DNA of 64,000 nt from Octopus vulgaris (lineage: Eukaryota): assembly GCA_951406725.2 (NCBI GenBank), contig OX597831.1, positions 23,622,001 to 23,686,000 of the forward strand, in the 5' to 3' direction. The notes beneath the pieces were generated by a model that did not search any database, had not been told where the DNA came from, and saw only the letters and a program-made list of their open reading frames with translations. Made by a program: the position numbers and the translations under genes. How positions within the stretch are numbered: the first letter of the stretch is position 1; each line of letters begins with the position of its first letter. Shown here in pieces: positions 26,691 to 40,860 of the stretch.

Positions 26691-27020
26691 ATGGATGGAG
26701 TGAGGAAATTTTTGGCAGTTAGAGGTGTTGGAGTGAGAGAAGCAAGAGAGTTTATAAATGATAGGAAAACTTGGAGCATGTTTGTGGACAGATGAGTGAA
26801 TTCTGAAGTTGCTCAAAGGAGCACGGAACCAGCATGATGTAGCAGGGGTAATAAACCAGCATATGTTGTCAGGCCTCGCTGCTGATATTGGGAGTTGCAT
26901 TCTATGCCTTGACCCGAGCATAGAACAGGGCTCACCTCTTTGAACTAGGAAATAAATGGAATACCTTGTGTGTGTCTTGTTGTGGTTACCCCTTCCTAAA
27001 AAAGTGAGGAATAGGCCTGG
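26691..27020 (+). mobile_element. RTE LINE 3' end remnant
   Basis: Frame from 26691 reads MDGVRKFLAVRGVGVREAREFINDRKTWSMFVDR*, resembling an RTE ORF C-terminus. Confidence 0.6.
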
Positions 27021-28084
27021 GTGTATAAAAAAAAATTAATGCAAACTCTGACAAACACACGCGTATAAATAATGCTTTCAAATTTTGGCATAAGGATTGC
27101 AAGTTCAGGGGAGGGGCGGAGTAAACTACATCGACCACAGAGCTTGACTGGTATGCATTTTATTGACCCTGAAAGGATGCAAAGTAAGGTCAACCTCGGT
27201 GGAATTTGATCTCAGAATGTAAAGACAGACAAAATGCCACTGAGTGTTTTGCCTGGTGTGTTGATGATTCATATGCAAAATAAAAATATGAAAAATAAAA
27301 ATACGAGAAAATAAAAATACGAAAAATACAAATATTAAAAATCAAAATATGAAAAAATTAAAATATTAATATTAAAAAAATATTAATATGGAAAATAGAA
27401 ATACAAAAAAAGGCAAAATAAGAATATGAAAAACTAAAAATATGAAAAATAAAAATACTCTGAGATACTGAAGGTTTTAGGTTTTTGATTGCTTTAGGAA
27501 TAAATTAAATTTCATTGTTATATTTCAGGATGGTCATTATTTTTTATTTTTCCCAAATAACAACACACACACACACGATATATCTGTTCTTCACTTCAGA
27601 TTTGTTTTATTATTGTTCTTATTTTATGCCCTATGCCTGGAAATCTTTCATCACACATCCTGTGACCTCTTCACTAACTCTCCATCCCACGTGTCAAATC
27701 CCATTCTGCTTAGTCCATTCTGTCCTTTGAAAGTCAGAACAGAATGACAGAAAAAGAAAAAAGATGACCATCACTAAATATAACAATATTTGTTTCAACA
27801 CACGATTTCACATCAGGAATCTTGCGAAACAAATTCGTTAACGTGAAAATTAAATTTTAGTTTAAGCATTCATTTCCATCTTTGTATGATTGCCATAAAT
27901 TTCCATCTACCAAATTCCATATGGATGCTGGTGGTCCAGCAGAGTCTATAGTAGTTACTCTTTCTCATGACTTTGTGGTTGTAAAGAAAAAATTCTTAGC
28001 CACAAGGCTATGCCTGATTTTTTAAAATATTTTCATTATTTAAAGCATTAATTACTTCTAAGGTATGAATTGAAAAACCAGAGT

Positions 28085-29185
28085 GTACTGAGTGCCTTTT
28101 TCATGGCACCAACACCAGTGCATTTCAAGTGGCACCTACACCAGTGCTTCTTATGTACCACCAGCACCAGTGCTTTTTATTATGGCACCAACACCAGTAT
28201 TTTTTATATAGCACCAGTGCATTTTAAAGAACACCAGCATCAGTGCCTTTTATGTGACACCAGCACCAGTGGTTTTTTGTGACACCAGGATCAGTACCTT
28301 TTATATGACACCAACACCAGTGCTTTATATGTGACACCAGCACCAGTGCTTCTTATGTGACACCAGCACCAGTGGTTTTTTGTGACACCAGGATCAGTAC
28401 CTTTTATATGACACCAACACCAGTGCTTTATATGTGATACCAGCACCAGTGCTTCTTATGTGACACCAGCACCAGTGGTTTTTTGTGACACCAGGATCAG
28501 TACCTTTTATATGACACCAACACCAGTGCTTTATATGTGATACCAGCACCAGTGCTTCTTATGTGACACCAGCACCAGTGCATTTTACATGGTAGCAACA
28601 CCAGTGCCTCTTATGTAGCACCAGCACTTTTTATGTGACACCAACACCTGTGCCTTTTTCGTGGCACCAGCACCAGTGCTCTTTATCTGACACCAGCACC
28701 AGCACTTTTTACATGGCATCAGCACCATTGCTACCTGTGCGGCACCAGTGCTTTTTATGTGGTACTATCACCAGTACCAGCGCCTTTTATGTGATACCAG
28801 CACCTGTGCCTTTTACATGGCACCAGCAACAGTGCTTCTTGTGTGACATCAGTGCTGTTTATGTGGTACCAGCACCAGTACCACTGCCTTTTATGTGACA
28901 CCAGCACCTTTGCCTTTTACGTGGCACCAGTCCCATTGCTTCTTGTGTGACACCAGTGCTTTTTATGTGGCACCAGCACCAGTGCTTTTTCTGTGGCTCC
29001 AGTTCCTGTGCCTTTTATGTGACACCAGCACCTTTGCCTTTTACATGGCACCAGCCCCATTGCTTCTTGTGTGACACCGGTGCCAACACCAGTGCTTTTT
29101 ATGCGGCACCAGCACCAGTAATTTATACATGGCACCAGCAGCAGTGCTTTCTTACGAGGCATTAACACCAGCGCATTTTATATAG
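28085..29185. repeat. Minisatellite, ~25-26 bp unit (caccagtgcttttatgtgacaccag) with a 103-bp higher-order repeat
   Basis: About 40 degenerate units. The marker ggatcagtacc occurs at 28288, 28391 and 28494. Confidence 0.92.
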
Positions 29186-29861
29186 CAGCAGTCATATACA
29201 AATTTATTATGAATTGAGATCTGAGATGTTTCATAGTTCTAGATGAAATATGCAAACAGAGGTCAACTCATTTAAGCTAGGTATTATGACCTACGACCTT
29301 TGTGCATGACTTATTGACCTCATCAAGGACAGAAGCAGCTTTCAGAAGAATTTCTCACAAATCTGTCAGGTTAAGTAAACAAAAGAAAACATAAAAGAAA
29401 TCTTTTAAAATATCGGGGAAAACATAACATTATCGAATGAATATCGAGGAAAATAGATTATGATGATGGTGATGGTGATAATGCTGATGATGATTGTGTG
29501 TTTGCGTGTATGGATATATGTGTTTGTGTTTGTTGAACATATAGATATATACGTATGTGAATGCATATACATATAATTCCACAAGTGTCTATGCACACAC
29601 ACACACACACACACACACATAGTCAAGCACATACAGATACGCACATAAATATGTGTGCGTATTTGTGTGTGTAATATTTAAATGCATTTGAATATAAAGT
29701 ATATATTTTGGGTTTTCTGTTCGTCAGGAAAGGCAGCAATCTTCACATCTAATGCATAATTCATGATTTCTATACAATCTGATATGTACGAATGAGATAA
29801 GAAGACGGTGCCAGCAATTCATCACCTTTCTTAACCTACCTGTGTTTGCTTCATCAGTGGC

Positions 29862-29909
<48 letters not shown>

Positions 29910-30239
29910 TAATAATGATAATAATCTTTTCTACTGAAGGCACGAGGCCTTGAATTTTGAAGGGGAAGTGGGTTAGTCGATTACATTGATTCCAGTGTTT
30001 CACTGGTACTTAATTTATCGATCCCAAAAGGATGAAAGGTGGAGTCGATCTTGGGGGAATTTGAACTCAGAACATAGCAGTGGTCGAAAACCCATTAAGC
30101 ATTTTGCCCAGCGTGCCACCTCGGTTCTACCAGCTCATCACCTTAATCCTTACACACATTCACATATCATAATTAATATGCAAATATATATTCATATACT
30201 TGTATATACATATATACTTATACAAATGCATGCATATGC

Positions 30240-30257
30240 AAATATATCTGCATGCAT

Positions 30258-30295
<38 letters not shown>

Positions 30296-30392
30296 ATATA
30301 TAAATATTTATATATGTATATATATATATATGTGTGTGTGTGAGTTTGCGTGTGTTTATGTATATATGTATGTGTGTGTATATATAAATATT

Positions 30393-30423
<31 letters not shown>

Positions 30424-30434
30424 TTATGTATATA

Positions 30435-30472
<38 letters not shown>

Positions 30473-30625
30473 GTGTATATATATATATTATATGTGTATG
30501 TATGTATATATATGTATATACTCATATATTATACATGTATTTATGTATATATAGATATATCTACACACACACATACATATATGTATATATATATATATAT
30601 ATATTTATATGTAAAATATATATAG
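30240..30625. repeat. Compound (AT)n/(GT)n microsatellite
   Basis: Directly visible. Confidence 0.95.
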
Positions 30626-30697
30626 GGTGGTTAGTTTTTTGAAAATTTACCACTAGTGGCCTAGTATGTATATAAAGTCAATAGACAACATATTCTC

Positions 30698-30836
30698 AAT
30701 ATAAAATATTGTGCATTTAAACACAAGAGAAAACTGCCTTCATGACTTTAGTCATTTTGACTGCTTCTTCTAGTATGTAAAAACTGCCTGTTGAAGGCAG
30801 TTTTCTCTTATGTTTAAATGTACACTATTTTATATT
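30698..30836. mobile_element. Small fold-back element with 45-bp arms, likely Penelope-like remnant
   Basis: aatataaaatattgtgcatttaaacacaagagaaaactgccttca / tgaaggcagttttctcttatgtttaaatgtacactattttatatt. The spacer has a decayed ctagaaga-agcagtc-aaaat-gact motif on the minus strand. Confidence 0.65.
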
Positions 30837-30886
30837 TATACGTATATATATATGTATGTGTGTGTATGCATATGTGTGTATATCTA

Positions 30887-30919
<33 letters not shown>

Positions 30920-31167
30920 GATCAAACTAAGCAACAGGATATCAAGTAGTGATGCAGTACAACCGTTTCAAGCAGCTCCATTTAATTGAACAATGCAATC
31001 ATTACATCAATTTAAATGCGGCGCCATCTTCGGTTGCACAAATGAATAAATAAATAAAAATGGCACTTCATTTAAATTGATGTAATGATTGCATTGTTCA
31101 ATTAAATGGAGCTGCTTGAAACAGTTACATTGCATTACTACTTGATATCCTGTTGCTTATTTTAATC
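30920..31167. mobile_element. Fold-back element with ~100-bp arms; a single-arm copy lies at 56680-56806
   Basis: Arms 30920-31019 and 31068-31167 are reverse complements. Confidence 0.85.
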
Positions 31168-31257
31168 TTGTTCACCTTACTTCGAGCTGTGCGGATAATA
31201 CCAGACTGAGTTGGGGCTTCAGCTTAAGTACCTAATTCAACTGAATCTTAGTTATTC

Positions 31258-31274
31258 ATATATCTATATCTATG

Positions 31275-31337
<63 letters not shown>

Positions 31338-31464
31338 ATCTATATATATATATATATATATGTATGTGTATGTATGTGTATATATATATGTGTATATATA
31401 TGTATATATATGTGTATATATATATATGTATGTGTATATATATATGTATGTATGTGTATGTATG

Positions 31465-31520
<56 letters not shown>

Positions 31521-31521
31521 C

Positions 31522-31597
<76 letters not shown>

Positions 31598-31644
31598 CAT
31601 ACATATATATATATACATACACATATATATATATATACATACAT

Positions 31645-31689
<45 letters not shown>

Positions 31690-31815
31690 CACATACATAT
31701 ATATATATATGAATATATATATATATATACATACACATACATATATATGTATACATATAGATTATACATGTATGTATATATATATATATATATATATATA
31801 AATATATGCATATAT
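31258..31815. repeat. (ATCT)n and long (AT)n/(GT)n/(AC)n microsatellite block
   Basis: Directly visible. Confidence 0.97.
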
Positions 31816-32081
31816 GTGTATTCTGCTATTCACTGTGAGAGAGAAGCCCTTTATTGCCAAGAGAACAACTACCTTCACTGTCAATTAGGTTACCTAGGTA
31901 ACAAAACCTATTAACTTCTTTTTAGAGAACTTCTGGGAGTTTGAATGAATCTATTCCACATATGGTCTTACTGCTTTCTGCTCCTGTGGATCCATGGCAT
32001 ACAAAAATTTACCTCCTGCCTGCCTCTGTTCTATCTACACCTATTCACAGATTATAGTCAGATAGATAAATAGATGGATTT

Positions 32082-32150
<69 letters not shown>

Positions 32151-32249
32151 ATCTATTTATATACACATACACACAGACATGCACACACATACACGCACAC
32201 ATACACACACACACTCACACACACATTCACACACACACAAACTAACACT

Positions 32250-32690
32250 CATTTGAATGCAATCATGTTGGAGCACTACTTTTAGTTGAATAAATCAACC
32301 CCCAGACTTATTCTAAGTAAGCCTAGTACTTATGCTATTGGTCTCTTTTGCTGAACTGCTAAGTTATGGAAATGTAAACACACCAACATCAGTTGACAAG
32401 CAATGTTGGGGGGACAAACACAGACACACAAACATATGCACACACGTACATATATATATAGATATATATGATGGGCTTCTTTCAGTTTCCGTCTACCAAA
32501 TCCACTCACAAGGCTTTGGTCAGCTATAGTAGAAGACACTTGCCAAAGATACCATACAGTGGGACTGAACCAGGAACCATATGGTTGGTAAGCAAGCTAC
32601 TTACCACACAGCTGTCTAAGGTACCATGCAATAGGATTGAACCTGGTACCATGTGGTTTGAAAGCAAGCTTCTTACCACACAGCCACATC
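32250..32690 (-). mobile_element. SINE S1 with duplicated head
   Basis: Reverse complement of S1; the head segment is repeated at 32540-32612 and 32617-32688. Confidence 0.8.
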
Positions 32691-33759
32691 TGAGTTGTTC
32701 AACCAAAATGCCATGAATTAAAATCAAGACTGCAGCCACAATGGTTTTGAAGTAAATCCCTGTCTACACAGCCATTCCTACATCCAGAAATTGTCTCATT
32801 AGCAAAAATTTAATCATGTTTTTTTTTATACATATTTTTCAAAGATAAACAATTATTTTTGAAGTTTTTTGTTAAATAAAAAACAAAAAAATTGAAATGC
32901 TGAAAAAAAAAATGTACAAATATATGCAAATATTTGCAAACAAAAATGTAAGAAATTCGTTGTGGCTGTGGCGGTATTAGTACAGGCATAATAAGAATAA
33001 TGAGAATTTCATGAAAATGGTTTCAAGATTTTGCGATATTTTTTGAGAGAAAAATTATGAAATATTCAAGTTTTCCACCCACTCTTTTATACTTTCATAT
33101 CGCACTTTTTGTCTTATAGCATTTTAGCAAATGAGGTTCATTTGCAATCTTCATGCCAGTCTCATATGCATATGTTGTTTCTTTTTTTTTTTTTGGTATT
33201 TTCTGCGGGATTGTATAATGAAAACGAATAATAAAAAATAAAAAATAAACAGATGAAATTAAATAACAAAAATATATAACACTTCTCTCCCTATCTCCTA
33301 AACAGCATTTAATAACTGTATATGTGACAGAAGGACCCATTAAGATGTCATAATAGATTTATAGTTTATAAAGAAATAGCAGAAAATGGATTAGCTAGCA
33401 GATTTATAAAGTTATTTATCATGTAATTTTCCTGAAATTTTTATTTGCTGATGGTATTGATAAAGATGATGATGATGATTGTATATGTTTATATTTTCCA
33501 ATTATGTTCCTTTCTCTCTCTCTCTGTCTTTGTTTCACTTTCTTTATCTCCCACCATCTCTGTTGCTGCTTCTTTCCACCCCTCTCTCTTTATTGTGCTA
33601 TCACATCTCAAAAACTGGCAAAGAGAAACGGAACAAAATATAACAAATAACAATGTGGAAATTCTACTTTCTGATAGAGTAATATATATATTTTCCATCC
33701 TAATAGTGTGTACATTTGCATGTATAAATATATGCATATGAATGTACACATGAGCACGC

Positions 33760-33952
33760 ATACATCATATATACAAGTGTGTATGTATATGTATTTGTGT
33801 ATGTATATATATATATATACTGATACACACACACACACACATATATATATATACATATATACATATATAGATACATACATATATATATATTTATATATAT
33901 ATATATATACACATATAAATATACATACATATATATAAATACATACATACAT

Positions 33953-34016
<64 letters not shown>

Positions 34017-34110
34017 GTATATATAAGTGTATGTATGCCAGTACGTACATATATATATATATATATATATACACATACATATATATATATATACATATAT
34101 ATATGTATAT
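33760..34110. repeat. (AT)n/(AC)n microsatellite block
   Basis: Directly visible. Confidence 0.95.
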
Positions 34111-35058
34111 ACATGGTGCGATTATATACTTTGGTTGCTTAATAGAATTATTAGATTAGAGAAACAGCCATTTTATATAGTATTAGTGTATTTGTATAAG
34201 TGGTCGCATACGTAACTATATGTGAAGACTCAATACACATACACACACACACCATCTCCCTCTCTCTCTCTCACTCTCTCTCTCTCTTTCTCTTTCTCTA
34301 TCTCTCATAAACACAAGCATTTGTTTAAAACCTAGAATTTAGAATATGATGATAGCCAAGATAAAAGAAATATATGAATAGTGTCTATACGCTATAAATT
34401 TGGATTGCTTGTGCATAATTTGTATCCGTTTTCCTAATATTTGATTTAGTAAAGCTCCAATTTGTTCACGACTGAAATTTTCAAACTGTTGCACATCAAA
34501 ATGCAATGATAAATTCATTCATACAAACACACACAAATGCATGTGTGCATATGTCTATCACACTCAGCCCCACCACTCTTATTCTTGCTGTTGTTGCTAT
34601 TGTTGCTGTAGCTGTTGTCGTTGATAGTCTCTTAGGTCCAAGTTAAACGAATCTGCGATTTCTTGCTGAAAAACCAACACAGTCGATTTGTTTAAAGTGA
34701 TCAAATGTTTCTACTGTACCTAAGCTTATTCTCACCCTCGAAATGGTTATGCCTATACAGACACATAATGTGTCATACATCTTATGTCAAAGTTATCATA
34801 GAGCTACATGAAAGGAAGAATTTTGCTTCAGAGCAAAATACCCTGCCCAGTACAGGAATCAAAACCACAATCTTGTGATTACAATCACACCACCCTAACC
34901 ACTGCACCATGCTATCCACTGGTAAAAACTCCCACCTCCTTTCTATTTTACTATGAAAATCCCTATCTCATGACCTCTCCTGCTCATCCTCTGGTGTATA
35001 TATATATATATATATATATATCTGTAAATGTAATATGTGACAATTATTTGGTTGCTGT

Positions 35059-35119
35059 GATAAAACTCCGTGTTTCGGATGTCAGGGTGGAAATCCACGG
35101 CACCATCTCTTCAGTTATC
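35059..35119 (-). ncRNA. Hammerhead-like motif in a small Penelope-like remnant
   Basis: GAUAA-CUGAAGA-gaug...gugga-uuu-ccac...cauc-c-GAAA-C-acgga-G-UU-UUAUC, followed on the plus strand by a short inverted restart (catccgaaaca, ~35124). Confidence 0.55.
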
Positions 35120-36244
35120 CACCCATCCGAAACATATAGCGGCGTACATACACTTTCTTCTCTTATATATATATACATACACTGGACCTATTGTAACAAT
35201 TACATTTTACCTACACTATCCTCCTTTGTAGTACCTATCATCAACCCATTCATTCTGCTTGTCATTATGTTCTGATTCCTCTCACCCACAGTCTTGTTGT
35301 AGCCAACTTCTCTTTCATCATTTCAAGGTCAATAAAAGAACTACCAATCTAGTATTGGAATCAATTTAATCCACTATGACCACCTACCAAAAGTTTTTTG
35401 CCCTTGTTCTTGGTTTGAATCAGTAAGTTTCCTTGGTTGACCCTGGATCACATTTTCAAACTACTGTCGAATTTTGCTATCAGAATTTTCTTGTTAATTC
35501 ATTCTTGTAATATCCAAGGGATATTAATCAATCAAATGTATTTGTTCTGCAAACTTTTCTTAGTTTTGACTACACAAAGGGAATAGTTTTCATGTGCTTC
35601 CAGTGCTGGAAGCAGTAAAATACCAACTTATTGAACTTCTCTTCTACAAGTGGTGCTTCTACACACTAAGTGTCAAATGTCTTGATACATTACCCTATTA
35701 ATATATCGCCAACAGACACATCACCGCATTGTGTAACAGGAAACAAATAATTGGTCCTTCAGTCAAAAGTCTGACAATGTTATCAACTCAGCCAAAGATA
35801 ACATTAACTATTGCAATAAAGCCCATCTAAACTCTGAATCACATTCCTCAGACTCGTTCCATTATATTTTATCATATATATCTACTGTTAAACCAGTGAA
35901 TAAATCAATCTTAGTGTCTCAATACATTCATATTTGTATTCTCGTTCCTTTACCATAAATATTATTCACTATTTTACCAAACAAAAATTTATCATTGCCA
36001 CTAGATTTTATATTCCATTCACGCTTCCTGGCCATAAATTCTTGAAAAATTGACGAACAAATAAAGATATATGGTAATCTCATCTGTTGATTTTTCAGTT
36101 TTATTTTGTTAGTTTATACATATTTTTTTTTTTGTATCTATTATCTAAAGTTCATTTTGAAATTCAATAATCAGAATGAACAATATGAATAGGTCTGTAG
36201 TTGGTGCTTAACTGTTGTCTGTTCTATCTATACTAGAATATAAT

Positions 36245-36562
36245 CAGAATCATTGTGGTTGTGACCATTGTGGGGCAATGTTATATCCACAAGAAAGATA
36301 TTCTAGTTGACCAAATAGCTTTAGACATATGTCAGCCTTGATCAAGTAGATATATATGACCAAAGATGTTCCATCCTAGCGACACTATATCTGGAAAAAC
36401 AAAGACAATCCTGACAACACAGGAACATTGTCAGAATCATTGTGGCCCTTCTGGGACAATGTTTTATCCAGAAGAAAGATATTCTAGTTGACCAAATAGC
36501 TTTAGACATAGGTCAGTCCTGATCAAGTAGATATATATGTGATCAAAGATGTTTCATGCTAG
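36245..36562. repeat. Direct duplication with ~181-bp period
   Basis: cagaatcattgtgg...ttctagttgaccaaatagctttagacata...gatcaagtagatatatatg occurs twice (ttctagttgacc at 36301 and 36482). Confidence 0.85.
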
Positions 36563-36567
36563 CTAAA

Positions 36568-36928
36568 TCATAATCATCATCGTTTAATGTCCGTTTTCCA
36601 TGCTAGCATGTGTTGGACAATTGACTGAGGGCTGGCGAACCAGATGGCTGCACCAGGCTCCAGTCTGATCTGGCAGTGTTTCTACAGCTGGATGCCCTTC
36701 CTAACACCAACAACTCCGTGAGTGTAGTGGGGGCTTTTTTATGTGCCACCGGCACAGGTGCCAGGGGAGGCTGGCAATGGCCACGATCAGTTGCTGCTTT
36801 TAACGTGCCATCAGCATTGAAGCTAATCAAGGCGGCGTTGGCACCTGCCATGTTCAGATAGTGCTTTTTACATGCCACCAGCACAGGTACCACAACTACA
36901 ATTTCCACTTGATTTTTGATGTTGATGT
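36568..36928 (-). mobile_element. Family S4 retroposon, 3' part with (GAT)n tail
   Basis: Minus strand ends ggaaaacggacattaaacgatgatg and contains ttaggaagggcatccagc plus internal gtgccaccggcac units. Confidence 0.85.
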
Positions 36929-37779
36929 AAGTGGAAAAACAAAAATAATCATTTCAGGTGATATTTGATAGCTAAAATAATGAATTGAGACTACCTGCTT
37001 TAGACTTGAACACCAGGTCATCCGGTTGGTAACTATAATATATTGATCCAATCATTTTGCTTCTCTACACAACAAAAATAGGTGATAAACGCCAGTCCAA
37101 TACTTTGTTAGATCCATTGTATACATACCATAAATGTGTGTTTGAGTAGGCCCAATCAGATTTATACACTAAAAGCAATAACAACAGCTATTGATTTTTC
37201 TCTTAGGTCTTATAAATGCTCGTTAAAAATCTTCATCTAATTAGCACAATGCCTTATTACCAGAATTATTGCCTTCTGATTAGTTACTTCAATTAGCTGT
37301 ATGCATATCTTGTGAGAAAAATGAAATAGCAATGAAACAGTATATAGGTTTCACACATCAACTTGGACAGGTTGTATGTGTACCTGCAACAACCAATCAT
37401 CAGCTAACAGATCATAAATTATATGAATATTGCACTCTGCATCCATTGGCTTACCTATCTCACTTTGGCCTCCATTACTCTCAAAGTTTCTTCTTTGTGC
37501 AATATCCATTTCAAGCATCCATTTTGTGTATATATGTATGTATGTATACACACACATAAGCTTATGCATGTGTATGTATACACACACAAATATACATGCA
37601 CACACACACACTTACACACACACATATGCACACAAAATTATACTAAGTTACTAATTATACTAATTATACTAAGTTACTGACTCAGTTACGAAGCGATTCA
37701 AGAGCCAAGAGGTTTATACATAGCACTTACCAAATTCTGTAACTTTTGCTGACTAAAACAATTTACTAAATTTGCTGGA

Positions 37780-38080
37780 TCTGGAAGAAGGAGCAGCACC
37801 CATAATCTTTGCAGCCCCATGGTGTAACTGGTGCTGTTAATGCCCCTCTTAACCCCTTTGTAAGTAAACAAACTGAGGTTAAGATATGGGCAGATAGGGA
37901 ATCCCAAAGGGCCAATGTTCTGGGAAGGAAGGAAGGAAGGAAGAACTGAATGTAGAGGTTGTGTGAGGCCTGGAGGGCTGGATGCAGCAAGGGTGATGTG
38001 AGGAGGAGGGATGTGTTGGTTGAGAATATCTCAGTGGAGATGGCATAAGCCCTACTAACTCCAAGGAGGTAATGCCATTA
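37780..38080 (-). mobile_element. Decayed L2/Jockey-group LINE 3' end
   Basis: Frameshifted ORFs ELVGLMPSPLRYSQPTHPSSSHHPCCIQ and FLPRTLALWDSLSAHI resemble the F.PRT..LWN.LP motif. Confidence 0.6.
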
Positions 38081-39094
38081 TGATACTGATAACAAGCAAA
38101 TATATTACTAACAATAGTGTTTCTTTCTCATCACAATGGTTTATTAATGAAGGATTGCACAGACCTATTGATACCCACTGCACCTCTCAATTTACCCACA
38201 TGTGTTATCTGCCCTTAGTTTCTTTCCCTCTTCCTTAGATAATTAAGTTATTGATATTTATTATTCTCTTTCTATTGCCACCGTGACAAGACTACTACAC
38301 ATAGTTTGTGCCATCCCTTGTCAGCTAATATCATTTTCTGTAATGCTTGTCATCACTTTCTTACTCCCCCATTCCCAAGTCACTCAATGTGGACGTCCAA
38401 TTTTCAAGACAACAAAATAATGCCTGTGACCCTGTGTGAGTGTGTGACCCTGTGTGTGAGTGTGTGACCCTGTGTGTATGTGTGTGTGTGTGTGTAAAAT
38501 GAAAATAAGCTAAGAGAAATAGTTCGTGCCTGTGGCATAAATTAGAACAACAAAGCCTAATTAATTACCATACTAATTACCCTACAAAATAATTTCCTGA
38601 TTTATTGGTTTAAACGGGGTTCGGTCTGATTGCCATCCCTCAGAACTGCTGGCCTTGTGCCAAAATTAGAGAAATAATTATTATTATTGCCTATTAGTTG
38701 TCAAGCTGGCAGAACCACTAGCAAGCTAGATAAAATTCTTAGCCACATTTCATCCATTTTTATGTCCTGAACAAAAATCTCGCGGAGGTTGACTTTGCCT
38801 TTCATCCTAAAATAGATACCAGTCATGTACTGGAGTCAATGCAATTGAATTAACCCCCTTCTAAAAAAAACTATTGGCCTTTTGCCAAAATTGAAAACCA
38901 TGATTATTATTATTATTAAGGCAGCAAGCTGGCACTTCATCTGTCTTCATGTTCTGAGTTCAAATTCGGCTGGGCTCAATTTTGCCTTTTAACCTTCAGG
39001 GTCAATTAAATAATTACCAGTAGAGTATTGAGGTCGAAGTGATTGACTGTCTTCCTTCACACAAAGTACAGGCCTTATGCCTATAGTAGAAAGG

Positions 39095-39257
<163 letters not shown>

Positions 39258-40150
39258 TGTTTGACTTTTGCTTTATGTCAGTACAAGTTGGCTCCAAGTC
39301 TCACCCAGAGACCTCAAGAGACAACAGGTTGGAAGTTCACATTGTTGTTATGCCTAGTGTGCCATATATTTGGGGGTTTTTTTTTTGGTGTTGATTATTA
39401 TCATTATTATTATTATTATTATTATTAATATTATTATTATTATTTTTGTTCATGAAGCACATCTCAGCATTTTACTTAAAAGCATGTCTTGTTCCTTGCG
39501 ATAGTTTCAAATGATATTGATCAAATATTTAGTGGAACACTGTCATAGATAGAATTATTGATAGAATTACAAGTAAAACAAACACCCACCAGTGTTTAAG
39601 ACGCTTATTATATAGTAGTTCCACATGTTAGTTCTTCACCTTATTAGTGTTGTTGTTGTTGTTACTATTGTTGTTGTTGTTGTTTTGTCTTTCTCCTAAT
39701 TGTGATAAGGTATTCCTCAACCTTCACCACTCTCTCTCTCTCTCTCTGTCTCTCTTTACTTATCGTTCTATTTGCTGAATGATAGGTTAAAAAAAAAAAT
39801 AATAGAAAAAAGGCAAACAAAAACAACTCCTAAAACAATACAAACATAAAGCAACAACAAAAAAACACTCTCTGAGACTCTGATGAGCATCAAATGACAG
39901 ACAGACAGACATAAAAGAATTACTTAAAAAAGAAAAAAGGTGACTGCTGGAAAAGAACAACAAGTGATGTGTTCTTATTTCTTTTTAATGTCACTTCCCC
40001 TCCACCACATCTCCCAACGTCTCTCCTTTATTTTCTCCCTCTCCCTTGTGCTTTATTCCTGCTTCTGTCTATGTATGTCTCATTCATTATACACACACAT
40101 ATATATATATTTATATATATATATATATACACACATATATATGCATATAT

Positions 40151-40202
<52 letters not shown>

Positions 40203-40305
40203 TTATATACACACATATATATATATATATTTATATATACACACACACACATATATATATGTATGTATATATATATACACTCACATATATATATATATAT
40301 ATATG

Positions 40306-40338
<33 letters not shown>

Positions 40339-40860
40339 TTATGTGTGTATGTATTTATGTATAAACACATGTATTCTCTTCAAACACACTCTAAAGACAC
40401 CTATTGTTCTGGTGCTTATTATTCATGGCTGTCTACAGAAGCTAAATGAAAAGATGACATCGTAACATAATGTAATCTCGCATCTGTCACACTCATTCTT
40501 TCTTCATTGTAGTCTCTTTATTTCTACCATCTTTCACACATGTATACACACACACATGTATATATATATATAAATACGCACACACATGTGTGGGTGTGCA
40601 ACACACACACTGTCTCTCTCTATCTCAGGTGTCAGTAACAGCGACAGTTGCCTTTTTAGTTTTGCTTCAGAAAAGAACGACTCTCTATGTTGGTGGAGCC
40701 AGTGAGCAATATTTTCTTGTACACTTTTAGCTTCATTATTTAAAGCTTCCCAGATATTCTAGCTGTTATTCATCCAATTTATTGTGGTAATGAAATTAAG
40801 CAATCTCCTTCGCATATATCCTTAATCCATAATTTTCCCTCGTACTAATATCATGTAAAT

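Noticed and set aside
28085-29185. CRISPR-like appearance of regularly spaced caccag motifs
   Set aside because: The intervening sequences resemble one another rather than being unique spacers, there are no cas genes, and the context is eukaryotic.
29808-29862. Minus-strand gcca-CUGAUGA...uggc
   Set aside because: Stem I is plausible but there is no properly placed stem II, GAAA and UH.
35440-36060. Possible degenerate transposase coding sequence on the minus strand
   Set aside because: Multiple stops and no recognisable motif.
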